From assembly GCA_028534125.1 (NCBI GenBank), contig CM052816.1:3598001-3662000 (forward strand): a stretch of 64,000 bases of DNA. The letters run 5' to 3'. Below are positions 51,066 to 63,540 of the stretch, piece by piece. The position numbers were made by a program, and so were the translations under genes. This stretch comes from Lama glama. Its lineage: Eukaryota. How positions within the stretch are numbered: the stretch's first letter is position 1; each line of letters begins with the position of its first letter. The notes below the pieces were generated by a model. The model searched no databases. It was not told the origin of the DNA and was given only the letters and a program-made list of their open reading frames with translations.

Positions 51066-52059
51066 GCTTATGTGTGAGGCAGAGCCTGGTGTCATGAATC
51101 AAAGTCTTAAAACTGCTACCAGAAAATTATTTAGCACCTCAGGAAAATTTATTTCTTGTTGGCATGACGACTGACTTCTCTCCCATTTCTGTATTTTTCA
51201 TGGAAACAGTGGTATTTATCCACGTTTCTCATTTTCATTTCCTTCATCATAAGAGTCTATACTAATTACTTCCAAACCCAGACAAGGTTTTAGGTCATAT
51301 TTTGCTCCCACCCTCTGAGCGTGCAGACGATGGCTTTTGTTACTTTGGGGAGTGACATTCATTTTGTTACTTTGGGGAGTAACATTCAAAACAATCTAGG
51401 ATCTAATTCTAAACCAATTTAGAAAAAAACTGGTGGGAAGGCTTGCGATGTTCGTGGTGCTTTGGTCAATCAAAGCAGCTGCTTTTTTAGGCAGCTCCTG
51501 GATGCGCTGGGGTCAGGGGCTAGGAAATTTCACCTTGGTCAGAAGCACGTGGGGAGCTTTCAGAGCTTCACTCACTTTCCAATCAAACTAAATCAGAACG
51601 CTGAGGCATATTTGTGGCAGTGGTGGAAAACCAGTGACTTAACCAGGTCTGAGTGAATTGCAGACGGACCACCTTTAATATGGAAACCTACCATCCCACT
51701 GAGGGGGACAGAATAGTTATGATGCTGCTTCTGAGGGAAAAGTAACTCAAGTTGTGACCAGAGCAGCCAGGCTGATACTTCAGGGGTCCATTGTGCTCCC
51801 TGGGCCACGTGCATTTTTATGTTCTTGATTATTATATATATATATAAAACCTGGCCAAATCAGTGGGATTCTTTACTCAAAGAGCATGTATATGTATCAA
51901 ACTACTTCTTCATTGATCTCACTGAATCTTCAAGGGTTCAAAGTTGAATTCTTATTTTGAGAAAAGCACTTTAATAACTGTCCCCATACTTCAGCTGGGC
52001 TGTTTGATAAACTAATGAACCAACAGCCATTGAGACAAACCCAACTGGTATCAGTGTAA

Positions 52060-52735
52060 TGGAGACAGTGGAGAAAAGGGAACCCTCCTACACTATTGGT
52101 GGGACTGCAGTTTGGTGCAGCCACCATGGAGGACAGTACGGAGATTCCTCAAAAAAAAAAACAACTAAAAATAGACTTACCATATGATCCAACAATCCCA
52201 CTCCTGAGCAATACACGCACCCCAATGTTCACAGCAGCACTGTGTATACTAGCCAAGACAGAAGCAACGTAAGTGTCTATTAACACATGACTGGATAAAG
52301 ACACTGTGGTATATTTATACAATGGAATACTACTTAGCCATAAAAACAATAAAAAACAGGGCCATCTGCAGCAACATCGATGGACCTGGAGATTCTCATT
52401 CTTAGTGAAGTAAGCTAGAAAGATAAGTGATACAATATGGTCTTTTTCTATGTGGAATCTTTAAAAAAGTCAAATGAACTTACTTACAAAGGTTACTGGC
52501 AGGGGAAGGGATAAATTGAGAGTTCGAAATTTGCAGATACTAACCACTATATGTAAAACAGATAAACAATAAGCTTATACTGCAGAGCACAGGGAATTAC
52601 TCAGTAAATATCTTGTAGTAACCTATACCGGAAAAGAATATGAAAACGGATATATATGTTTGTTTATGTGTGACTACACTGTGATGCTGTACACCAGAAA
52701 TTGACACAACATTGAAAACTGACTACAAAAAAAAC
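52060..52735 (+). mobile_element. L1 3' end (plus strand)
   Basis: ggagaaaagggaaccctcctacact...gacttaccatatgatcc...acaccagaaattgacacaacattg, ending in an A-tail. Confidence 0.88.
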
Positions 52736-52889
52736 TTACAGAACCCCTTATTTCTGTTAAAAGACATTTTGGATAATGTAAATGTATCCACTCAAAATGA
52801 AAGTAAATGGTTTTCTACTTGGTAATACTTGACAATTTTTCACAACCCGCTTTAAGATCCGAAAGCTGGAAATAATATTTTTTTCTTAG

Positions 52890-53055
52890 CTTTGTTTTCT
52901 ACTGCAGCGTAGTTGATTTACAATGTTAGTTTCACGTGTACAGCAAAGTGATTCAGTTATACATACACATTTTTCTTAGATTACTCCCCCTTTTGTTATT
53001 ACAAGAGACTGAACATAGTTCCCTGTGCTGTATACAGTAGGTCCTTGCTGTTTAA
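52890..53055 (-). mobile_element. Short artiodactyl L1 3' end
   Basis: tagttgatttacaatgttagtttc...tacagcaaagtgattcagttataca...atacagtaggtccttg. Confidence 0.75.
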
Positions 53056-53259
53056 TGGAAATAGGTTTGAAAGCAATATAGAGAGAGAGGCTGATGGTTC
53101 TGTCTGAGGCTCAGTACTGTTAGCTGGAGGATTACATGTAAGCCAGTGGCTGAACAAACCAGAAAGCATGTTTAGACAGTGATTTGTAGATGTTTAATAA
53201 TTTGGATTTTCATGTGATCCAGGGAATCCTCAAGACTCCCTATACAGATGTGGTCAAAT

Positions 53260-56200
53260 TCTTATTAAACAGATGAGGTTCAGTAAGATTGAGTGATTTG
53301 CCCAAGGCTACCCAGGCACTGACTCATGGAGGTGGGACTCAGGCCACCAGGACCATCTGGCTTCAAAGTAGCTATCTGAAACCTTCTAATGAATTATCAA
53401 TTATCATAGAGGATTAATGCATCCCCTGTGGGGCACAGGACCCACTAAAAGGCTGGCGTTTCTGCGAAGCCTACTGTATTTATCTTTGAAAGTAATATGA
53501 TTTAGTGTGCTTTGCAGCATAAACTAGCCCTATTTAATGGAAAGCCAGTGGTCTACTTTATAATTAGTTACATTCCTTGATTTCTACTTTAAAATCTTTA
53601 GGCAAAACATGCTCCAGGAAGATGTGTCAACTTTGTCCCATGGCTTTCTGTATCCTAATTCCTGAAGCTCGGCATTGGAAGAAAGCAAAGTAAACACAGA
53701 ACCCGGGGCCTGCCGTCCCACGCGGTAGCTGTGTGATTCGGGAAGAGAGCTTACCTTCTCTGAGCTCAGCTTACTCTTCTGTAAAATAAAGGTAATGACG
53801 ATTCTATAGTCACTTCCTAGAGCTATGTTTAATATAGTGCTTACCCCAGGCGTGCACTACCTTTTCATTGTGCAGTGGTGACCCAGGAGGCAGAGAGAGC
53901 TGTCACACAGGGCTTGGTAATTGGAAACAGGGAATGAAGACTGTGCCATTCACTTTTCTTCTACCATTCTTTTCCTCTTTCACTTGGTTCCCCGTTAAAA
54001 GTATGATTTCATCTCAATCTGCAGATGGCTTTGGGGGATTTTTTTTTGCTCTTCCACCAACTAGGGTGGAATGGTTTCACTCTGCATAGACAGAGATGGC
54101 CATCGTCATCATGATGGTACTAATTCTTCGTTATTCCTTGAGTGCTTCTTGTAGTCCGAGATTCTGTTTTAAGCCTGTATGTGTATTACACCATTTAACA
54201 CTGCTACAATCCTAAGACATATGTCTATTATCTTGTCCGTTTAGCCAGTGTGACAGACCTCACAGCCCAGTCTTGCTGTCTCTTAGTGTTCTGCTCCAAC
54301 CCACTGTTAGAAACATGTCTGGTCAGACATGTAGGGGACTGTCATTTGAGGGATGTAGAGTGACCCAGGGTCTTCCCTGTTGTAAGGCAAATCGTGAGAA
54401 CAGTAAAGACATGTGGCCATACAGAGAAACTCTCGTTCTCACAGGAAAGGCGACAGTATGCTAACGAGCTATTCTTTGTGCAGAGTCACAAAAAGGTAAG
54501 TAAGAGCATCTCTGAAAAAATCCAAGATTGATTTACAGTGTATACCATATTTTGATGTAAAGGAAATTCTTTCCACGGTGCTCCCAGCTCTGCTAACAAT
54601 CGTGTTTATCACGATTATTTATTATGAGGCATTAAAATAAATCTCTCAATTACTTTCTAATGCAATGTACCAGTTACCTTTTGAATGGTGACATATGGCT
54701 GCCGTCTATGCCACTGGGGATGAATCTTGCTTATACGAGGTTTCAAGGGCTCCCTACTGAACTACATTAATTACTGATGTAAACAAATACAGAGGATTAT
54801 GCCACAGTTATCGATAAATCCTGAACTTCATTGCAAGAGAGTTCCCTGGGTTAGACAACATTAATCATCAGGTAATTTCCAACAGTTATGGTGCAAACCT
54901 TGTTTGTTAGAGACGTTTCTGCCACCCAGCTGCTTTTAGAGCACGTCTATTACTGTGGTTGGATCCGGGATAATCCGGGAAGAGGTCGCACAGCCGTTGT
55001 CCACAGTGAAGCTGACGAAATAATGCTCTTAAGCGACGGGTGGGCTATCTTATTGGCTAAGAAGTGAGTAACAATCACTATTTAAAAGTACCTTGTCTAG
55101 GGGCTGCTGAAGATGAATGAAGCCATGGCAGCGGCCAAGCCTTTGCGGTGGCTCCACCCCTTACAATAACCTTGTCCTTCGGAGCTGTTACTGTCATAAG
55201 CACTTGGGAGGGGAGACAGGAGGGAAGTACCATTACTATGAGAAACTATGAGAAGCTCCGTTTCTGAGCAAAGGAAGATATGTCGACCTCGGCTGGCCGC
55301 TCCCTTCCCGTTCGAAGATGCCAGGTCACCGTGTGTTTCAGAAAAGACTTTGAAATTTACCACGAGGTCATTTTTCCTTCTGCCTGATTACCTTTGCGTC
55401 TTTAAACACTTCTCCAAGCTTCGGTTTACCCGCTGCTATCGGATGATAATAGTACAGACCTTGCAGGATTTGGGGGACAATTAAGTGAGACACTGAATGT
55501 GTTTTAGAACAAACAGTGCCTGGAGCGTTTTGAGTTCAAAGATGTTAGCTGTTTAAGTGTTGATGGAGTCAAGTCATTCCCTGTTCCTGAGTCACAGAGA
55601 CAACTTTTGCCTGTTCCCCCTCCTCAAACTATTTTCTTTGTATGTTTACTTTGAAAGGAAACTTCTACATCGAGGGCCTTCTCTGTTTGCCGCTGTGGTA
55701 GGCAATTTAATCTTGTTTAGCCTATGACTTATACAATATTAGTACTGTCATTCCCATTTCATATACGAACAAACTGAGACACAGAGAAGAAAGGGATCTA
55801 CCTTTTGGAACGTACGGGTGAGCAGCAGAGAGAGGATCCAAAGTATTCTTTCCAATAAATGCCTGGAAACAACAATATTCTGACATCATTTTGCCAATTT
55901 TTTAACCACCATTTTGAATTACTGTGAGAACGTGAATGTTCTTGGGGTCCGGATGTCTTAAAGAATTGACCAGGGGGCCAGTACTGGTCTACCTATATTC
56001 GGTCACATCCGCCGTTACTTGTTATTAATCAAATACTGAACACTGACTGTCTCTTACATAGACACTTGCTGAGGCCTGGCTAAGGGCTGAGAATGTGAGA
56101 GTATTGCTGAAGAGGTTCTGTCACTCACCCTGTTTCGCATCTGAGAAAACTAAGGCACAGAACATTGAAGTAACTTGCCCACGTTCACACAGCTAGGTAG

Positions 56201-56260
56201 GAACAAAACTTGATTTGGAACCCAAGCATCTGATCCCAGTGTAGTGGTCATTATACCACC
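53260..56260. mobile_element. Scattered MIR fragments (~53260-53370, 53700-53860, 54110-54260, 55400-55550, 55700-55800, 56120-56260)
   Basis: Repeated MIR core phrases (acagatgagg, gaaaactaaggcacagaacattgaagtaacttgccc, ctctgagctcagc). Confidence 0.6.
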
Positions 56261-58049
56261 TCTCCTGGACAAGAGTGTAAACTGAGCATCGAGATATGGC
56301 AGGAAAAGCATTGCTGCTCAGAGTAGTAGTACAAGGTAGAGGATTTGAGCCTGGGGGAGAGGGATTAGCTCACTTACGGGGAGGGGGGAGCTTAAGAAAG
56401 TCTCCCAAGGAGAAAGGAACCGGGGATGGGGAAGGCGGCTTCTCCAGGCACTGCAAGCAGCAGGAGTCTAGTACGTGGGGAGAAGAGGAGAGGGTAAAAG
56501 AGGAGGTAGCAAAAGGCCATGAGGACCTTGTAGGACCCAGGAAAGGAAAGTGGAATCTGTCCTCGGAAGGGCATTTATCAGGAAGAGACCTGGTGGGACC
56601 ATCAGCTTAAAATAATGCAGGTTAGGCGGGACCACACGGGTGGAAGGGGTGGCACTCAGGAGAGACGAAGGCCGTAGCAGGCAGGTGTGCTAGGGTCAGA
56701 GGCTCACCACCCTCATTGGTCTTGGGAAAAGAAAGAAGGGTGCAAATATATGAAATGTTTTAGGGATTTTTCAGAATTTTTAAACATAGCCACCTTCGAG
56801 GTGGGTTACATAAAAATAATACTTAGACACGAAACAAGATCCAACGGTGACACAAGTACAATTGACAAGTGTACAATTCTTGGGCAATGCCTCGAATCTG
56901 AAAAGGAAATCCAGTACTAAGGGAAACTGACAGTTAGTGTAAGATTAATAATTAACCAAGGAGAAATATGGATGTATAAATTAATAGCCATCAAGATAAT
57001 TAAGAGTTGATTGTGAAGCAGAGAGCCTTTTCTTTTTCTTACAAGATTGGAAGAGCATTAATTTTCTTGTTGCAGACATTTTAGTCAATTTGTCGGGACT
57101 GCCTCATCCTTACACCGAAATTCTGCCCCCACCACCTCTGCACTGGGCTGGGTGAAGAGGCCCTGTGCTGACATGTCAGGGCCAGGGGTGGCACACGTTG
57201 CCAGGATGTGGCAGTGGGGCTTTTTCCTGGAGCTCTGGAGCTGACTGTGGGACTAGCCAGCCTCTGACTGAGACTAGGGTGGGCAGTTTGTTTCCCCAGT
57301 TGCAGAAGCAGGGATCACTCGTGTACAGAGAACGAGATAACCGCCTGACTTCCAGAGGGAGCCCCAATCCCTACTGAAGGAACCCACCAGGATCACCTAC
57401 CTTTGGATTCTGATACTCCTGTTTCTTTATAACCAATGGATTCTGTGCTAACACAGCTTTTGTCAGAAGCCCAGATAGTTCCAAGACCATGCAGTAATGA
57501 GTCACAGAAGCTCAGAACAGGAAACCTCTAGCCCAGCCTTCCCTGGGTAAATTACACAATGATTGACACTTTCATGATGCTTTCACCTCAAACGCAACAT
57601 GTCCCCAAGGTCTGGTTCTCTTACAGGGCTCCGCCTCCCAGTGAGTGGCACTGCCACTCTTGGTCACCACCTAGGACATTCCTGACACTGCAGAAGTCCC
57701 GCAGAGCACCACGTGAAAGGCTGATTAAACACGAGCACCCACCTCAGATAAAAATCTGAGCGCAGTTTCATTTTTCTGTGATAGGCACAAGACACATTCT
57801 CAGCAAAGCTCACCAGATCTTAAACTGGATGGTACTGAAGGAGAGAAATTACTCATCTCTCTGGATCCTTCCTGGAGGATGGCCTTGGGTTGATGACCAT
57901 GCAGTTCGACCTGTTCGGGGTGAGGTCCTACAAGCTTTCAGAAAGCCCCGGATAAGGGCTTAACAAATATTTATACCTTCTAAAAATATCACTCTGAAAT
58001 GCCAGCACAATTAACTTACATATTTCAAAACAACATGCTTTCTCTCTCC

Positions 58050-58585
58050 CTTGCCTCCCCAATTCAAATCACCATGACACACCCATTGACTTCCTCTCCT
58101 GGATCTCTAAATCTGGTCTCTTGTTTCTACGCCCGTTGCTATGATGCTGGTCCGAGTCAGTGACACTGTTCCTGTGAACCACTGTAATAGTTTTCTGTCT
58201 CCACTAAGGTTCCCTCCAATCCGTTCGCTACATTGAATCCATTCTCTTCCAAATATAAACTAGATCACACTACACACACACACACCCTGACTTCAAACAC
58301 TCGAGCGGATCCTCACTGCTTGTAGGTGAACGATGGAAACTCTTGACACGGCTCACAAATCCCTGCACTATCTGGACCGTCCCTACCCTTCACCTCTCAT
58401 CTCCGACCTCAACCCTCCGTGCTACCGTCCTGTCTAATGGGATTATTTTCCCCCTCCCTAGAACATTAGGTGCAATAAGGGATTTTTTCCCCCCATCGTT
58501 CTGTCCACTGCTCCATCCCATTGGTAGGATGGTGCCAGCAGCTTGCAGGTCCACAAGAAGTATTTGTGGGATGAATGAGTGAACG
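58050..58585 (+). mobile_element. L2 fragment with 3' end
   Basis: Pyrimidine-rich L2 text ending aagtatttgtgggatgaatgagtgaa. Confidence 0.6.
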
Positions 58586-59129
58586 AATTTTTACCGTTGA
58601 AACCCGATCCCCTAGCTCAGGGACTGGAATGAGCAGATGCCAAGTAAAAACGCAGAGAAGCAGGATTGAGATGCCAGCTCAAGGGGATGAACGTGAATGA
58701 CTCCCTCCCTCCTCCTGTCTCTCCATTTCAGATAATCACGGGGCCCCTTCCCTTTCACTCCTTGTAGTAGTCGTGCGAGATATAGATCATTTAAACACAC
58801 GTTTTCATCCAGCTCTAACCTTTCCATTAGACTGGAGAGTGCTGGCATTAAAGGGGCTTTTAATCCTCCTTAAGCAAAAGGCTATTTAGAACTCCGCTCC
58901 AAGTAGGTACACTCTCTTTCTTTAATGTTTAATTTACTAGCAGGTCAAGACACTCACTGCAGAAAGCTTTCATTCTGAAGGTGGATGTGTTTGTGACTCA
59001 GAGGCTGACTGAACATTTAGCAGGCACGATGGAGGGAAGGAGGTGGCTGGTTCCCTGCACAAAGTGGACCAGATGTGTTGGTCCCACATTGCCCTAGAGC
59101 TTGGTCAGGGAGCCAAGGGTTAGGAGGAG

Positions 59130-59295
59130 AGATTTAGTTGGTTGTAGGGCAAAACATTCCATTAGTGGAACGGGCTACCTTAGGATGTAGTGAGGCCAAA
59201 TGGCTAAATTTATCAAGGAGGCTGGAAGAATACTTTCAGAACCGAATGCAACGTTGGGCAAGGTGACCTCCAAGCTTCCTTCTCTGAGGTTCTAC
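59130..59295 (+). mobile_element. L3/CR1 3' end
   Basis: tggaacgggctacct...gtagtgag...caaggaggctgg...tgacctccaagcttcctt...ctgaggttcta resembles the CR1/L3 terminus. Confidence 0.55.
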
Positions 59296-60008
59296 AAGGG
59301 GGGTAAAGCCCATTGCCTTCGGAGCTTGGGACCAGGTAGGGAAATACAGGATCCCTGAGCTGAGCAGCAACGAATAGTTTATCGTGATGAATTCTCAGCC
59401 CGCAGCCCAGGAAACTGACAACACTTGAAACCCGGAGTAGGGGCTGTAGAGGTTTTATGACAATGCTGTCCTCAGGGCTTTGCTGCTAGTTGTGACAAGA
59501 CAGAAACTGCTGGGCGTGAGTGCTCATGGCTTTCCCTCCTCTCCAGGGCAGCCTCCAGATGCACTGGCCTTGCCTGCCCTGTTCTCTTCCCCGGGACTTG
59601 GTTGTCGCTATGTTTGTTTGTTTTTCCTTCTAGAATTGTTGAGAGGAATTTGGGCTCCCTAATAAAATCCAGTCAAAGAGCGGGAGAGGAAGGAGAACTG
59701 ACCACCCTGTGGCCGCAGTGCTGGCAGAGGGGGTTAGAAACACAGGCAGGTCGAAACCCATTCAACAGCCGCGAGCAGGTCCGGTGCTACCGCCTTGGGC
59801 CAGGCCAACATCTTATCTTCCCTGGCTTTTGCAAGAACCTCTTTAACTGGTCTCCCTGCTTTTCTCCTCCCAGAAGACAAAATTATTCAACGGTGGCACA
59901 TGTGAGCCAAAGTTCTTGGCACGCGGGCCTTAGGAACAAAGGATCCATTTGAGTAGATAAGAAAAGAAGTCCCTAGAAGAATGTACTTTGGGATCAGGGT
60001 GCTGCAGG

Positions 60009-60022
60009 GCGCCCTCTGCTGG
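60009..60022 (-). promoter_or_regulatory. CTCF core motif CCAGCAGAGGGCGC
   Basis: 14/14 match to CCASYAGRKGGCRS on the minus strand; motif evidence only. Confidence 0.5.
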
Positions 60023-61029
60023 ATCCCTCTTGACTCTGAGAAGCCCTGACTGCACTGCTGGGCCCCAAACCCGTAAGTGGTAGCCAGTGAGCCAGGATAG
60101 GAACTCCAGCCCTCACCTTCATACACGATACCTCATAGCACCTGTGGCTTCTGCACACGCCTTGCTGAATGTCCATCCCTTTGCTCGCTCTGAGCTGCCT
60201 CAGTGCGCTTGCTCCGTGCTGAACACGCAGAGCTTGCCCCACTTCAGGGCCTTCGCATTCACAGCTGCCTCTGCTCGGACCACACTCCCTGAAAGCTACA
60301 CACAGCTTGTTCCCTTGCTTCCTTCAGACACCTGCTCCAAACAGCAGATGGGAGAGAGAGAGGGTCTCTGACCACCAGTCACACCTTAGGGTCCTCCCCA
60401 GGGACTCACTTTCCCACTTACCCTACTTTTCCCCTCCCTGGCATTTGCCTGACACTTGTTCATTAGTTCTAAGGTCTGTAGCTTCTACTTGCCAATACAC
60501 AGTCGTTGAATTAGTGCTCGGGGACTGATTATTGAAAGGCTCCCAGAAAAAAGCAATGGATACAGATGTGGCCTCTGTTGGCTCCCCAAGGGCTCTCACA
60601 GTTCGGCCTCTCCCATCGCCCTCATGCAGACAGAGGAAGCGGTGGAGCTTCTGGGATTACTAGGAACCTAAAGCATTTGGAATCAGTGTGGCTGGAGCAG
60701 TAACACATCTGGAGGGGCCCCCTTCCTGGGAAGTGTTTGTGGTAAGATCCTAGAAAAAAGGGGATCAAGGGGAGCCTTTCAGTACAGAGGTGCATAAGGA
60801 ACACTTCAAACAGACAGTGTCCCTTCGACTACCCTTGTTCTCTGTGCCTAGGTCCTATGCCCTTCCTTCCACCTGTCGTCTCCTCTGCCTGCCACCCTCC
60901 CCATCAGAGACCTTACGAGGACAGCCATGATGACTGCATGTTTTGAGAACCCTGCTTTCCTCCACGGGAGCCAGTTAAGGTCCTAGTCCTGGTTCTTGCC
61001 TCTCTGTATCTTGACACTACTAAAGGTGC

Positions 61030-61205
61030 AATTGTGTCCCACTCCTGGGCATATGTCTGGAGAAAACACTAGTCCCAAAAGACACATGCACCCCAATGTT
61101 CACTGCAGCACTATCTACAACAGCCAAGACATGGAAACACGCTAAATGTCCATCAACAGGTGCCTGGCTAAAGAAGCTGTGGTGTGTGTATATGTATATA
61201 TGTGT

Positions 61206-61250
<45 letters not shown>

Positions 61251-61640
61251 ATGCAATACTACTCAGCCACAAAAAAGAAAATGCCTTTTGCAGCAACATG
61301 GATGGAACTAGAGATTATCATACTAAGTGAAGTAAGTCAAATAGAAAATGACAAATATTGTATGACATCACTTATATGTGAAATCTAAAAAAAAATGACA
61401 CAAATGAACTTATTTACAGAACAGAAACAGGCTCACAGATACAGAAAACAAACTGACACTTACCAAAGGGGAAAGGATATGGGGAGGGATAAATTAGGAG
61501 TTTGGAATTAGCAGATACTAACTACTATATACAGAATAGACTGAAAAACAAGGCCTACTGTAGAGCACAGGGAACTATATTCAATAGCTTGTAATGACCT
61601 ATAATGAAATAGTATGAAAAAGAATACTTCAATTAAAAAG
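61030..61640 (+). mobile_element. L1 3' end containing (CA)n at ~61208-61248
   Basis: cccactcctgggcatat...ccccaatgttcactgcagcact; ORF tail MPFAATWMELEIIILSEVSQ. Confidence 0.9.
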
Positions 61641-61804
61641 AAAGCTTGGATTATGAACAATAACACCCTGGACCACTACTTGGTCATTTCGGGACCGCAC
61701 CCTGCCGTGCTCTGTGGTCACTCATGATTTGCTCAGGGCACACGACGTGCCAGGTTTAACAGGTAGCCGCGTTAGACTGAATCCTGCCTTCCTGCAGGTT
61801 AGTC

Positions 61805-62220
61805 TATGATCATTAATTTCTTTTTAACAACTTGATTAGGCCAAGGCACCTAGGGCCTTGGTTGGACATTTTTCTCGATGTTGTCAAGATGGTATTTTTT
61901 CGATCACATTAACCTATTGGTGGACTGTGAGCAAAGCAGGTGACTCGCCATAATGTGGGTGAGCCTCACCCAATCAGCCACAGACCTTAATACAAGACAA
62001 AGGCAGAGCTCCCTGGAAGAAGAGAATGTCCTGCCAGCAGACTGCCTTAGGACTCCGACTGCAGCTCTCCCCTGGGTCTCCAGCCTGCCGCCCAACCCTG
62101 CAAATTTTGAATATGCCGAACTTCCAGTACTGTGTGAACCAATTCCTAAAAGTAATCCTCTCTCCATACTGTGCACACATCCTCTTGGTTCTGCTGCTCT
62201 GGAGAAACATGACCCATACA
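61805..62220 (+). mobile_element. MLT2D-like ERVL solo LTR, full length
   Basis: Runs tatgatcattaat...ttggttctgctgctctggagaaacatgacccataca, with internal cagcagactgcctt and ccctgggtctccagcctgcc. Near-TSD tagtc/tggtc. Confidence 0.85.
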
Positions 62221-62514
62221 TGGTCTGATGGGAAAGACACCATATTCACAAGCCATGATGGTCAGAGAAAAATTTTAACAGCAAGTATTACTGAGGAGAA
62301 GGGTGGAGGGTTAAAGACGTCTGTATGAGGGAGATGTGCCCTAATTAAGGCAGGCAGAGAAGGTTTCTCTCAAGGAGTGTGGCCTTTGAGTTATGATGTG
62401 AGGGGTAAGAAGGCGTCGGGAGGTAAAGGAAGGGCAGGAGATAGCATTCGAGGAAAGAGTTTGTGAAAAGAATTGTGGCCTTTTCTAATCTAGCACTTGG
62501 GGATAGAGACTCCT

Positions 62515-62660
62515 AGCATCTCTGTTTTATAGATGAAAAAACCAAAGCCCACCGAGGTGAAATACTCGGACCAAAGCCACGTGGGGAGGACGTGGCAGAG
62601 CTGGAACTGGGGGCTGACGCTGGACCCCAAGCCTGTGCTCTGAACCACCAAGCTACACTG
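62515..62660 (-). mobile_element. MIR fragment
   Basis: ctgttttatagatgaaaaaacc...gtggcagagctggaactgg...tctgaaccac. Confidence 0.6.
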
Positions 62661-62980
62661 CCCCACGTGGGTTCAGGAGAATTAGGGAAATATCCATACT
62701 GCACTGTTTAATGCTTCATCCACTAATGGGTCCAGCCTGGCAGGCTGTGTTGGTTTCAGTTCATCCACTGATTCCTCGTGTCTGCTCCGTACACAAACAC
62801 ACCGGGCCTTGCGCTAAATGTTGGGTGTTCAGAGATGAACGTGACACGGAATCTCAGAATGCTCAGCGTGATGAGGAGGGAGACACGTGTGTCTGTATTA
62901 CCACCTTTGCAAGAGGAATGGGGAAGGCGTGCCTATTTCAGTGCCTCTGAGCTGCCCTTTTAGAAAGATGCTTTTTTAAT

Positions 62981-63540
62981 TGTCCCTGAGATTTGTTTTA
63001 ACCAGGAACGCTGAGACGCACAGACACTGAAATGGCTATCATGAAGGAAAATGCTTATTATAGTCACAGGTCCCTAGACACACGAGGCATGCCATGCCCT
63101 GCTGCGGGGTCGCTCGGGGGAGCCTCAGGGTGGGTCAGGAAGCAGAGGGGTGAGGGAAGACATGGGCAAGAGCGCTTTCTGGGGCTTCCGTGGGCAGCAG
63201 GAATGGGCAAGACAGCGGAAAGGTAGCTAGTCTGAATTTTCTCAGCAGGTCCTGGGGAATAGGGGCTGTCTTGAGTTGTCTGGTACCTGGCCCTGGGGTG
63301 ATGTGAGCAGAGAGAGAGTGGTCCAGAATATAAGATAAAGGGGGAGGAGGAGGCGTGAGGATGGTATAGACTCCAGATTGGTTGGTTTGCACAGGAAAGA
63401 TGCGCTTGCAGGCAGGTGAGCTGCCTGCTATCTCTAGGAATCAGTTCACCCTTGCTGGGGGAGGGGGCAGTAGTCCCTTCCAGCAAGATTCAGTGATGTC
63501 AAGACATCGGAATACAGAAAATAAAGACAGGGTTAATACA
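62981..63540 (-). mobile_element. MER74-like ERVL solo LTR
   Basis: Minus strand starts TGTATTAACCCTGTCTTTATTTTCTGTATTCCGATGTCTTGACATC...TTCCTAGAGATAGCA...GCAAACCAACCAATC, like the recalled MER74, and ends in CA. Confidence 0.8.

Noticed and set aside
32464..54753. Shared 13-mer tttcaagggctcc at 32464-32476 and 54741-54753
   Set aside because: Dozens of 13-mer matches are expected by chance in 64 kb.
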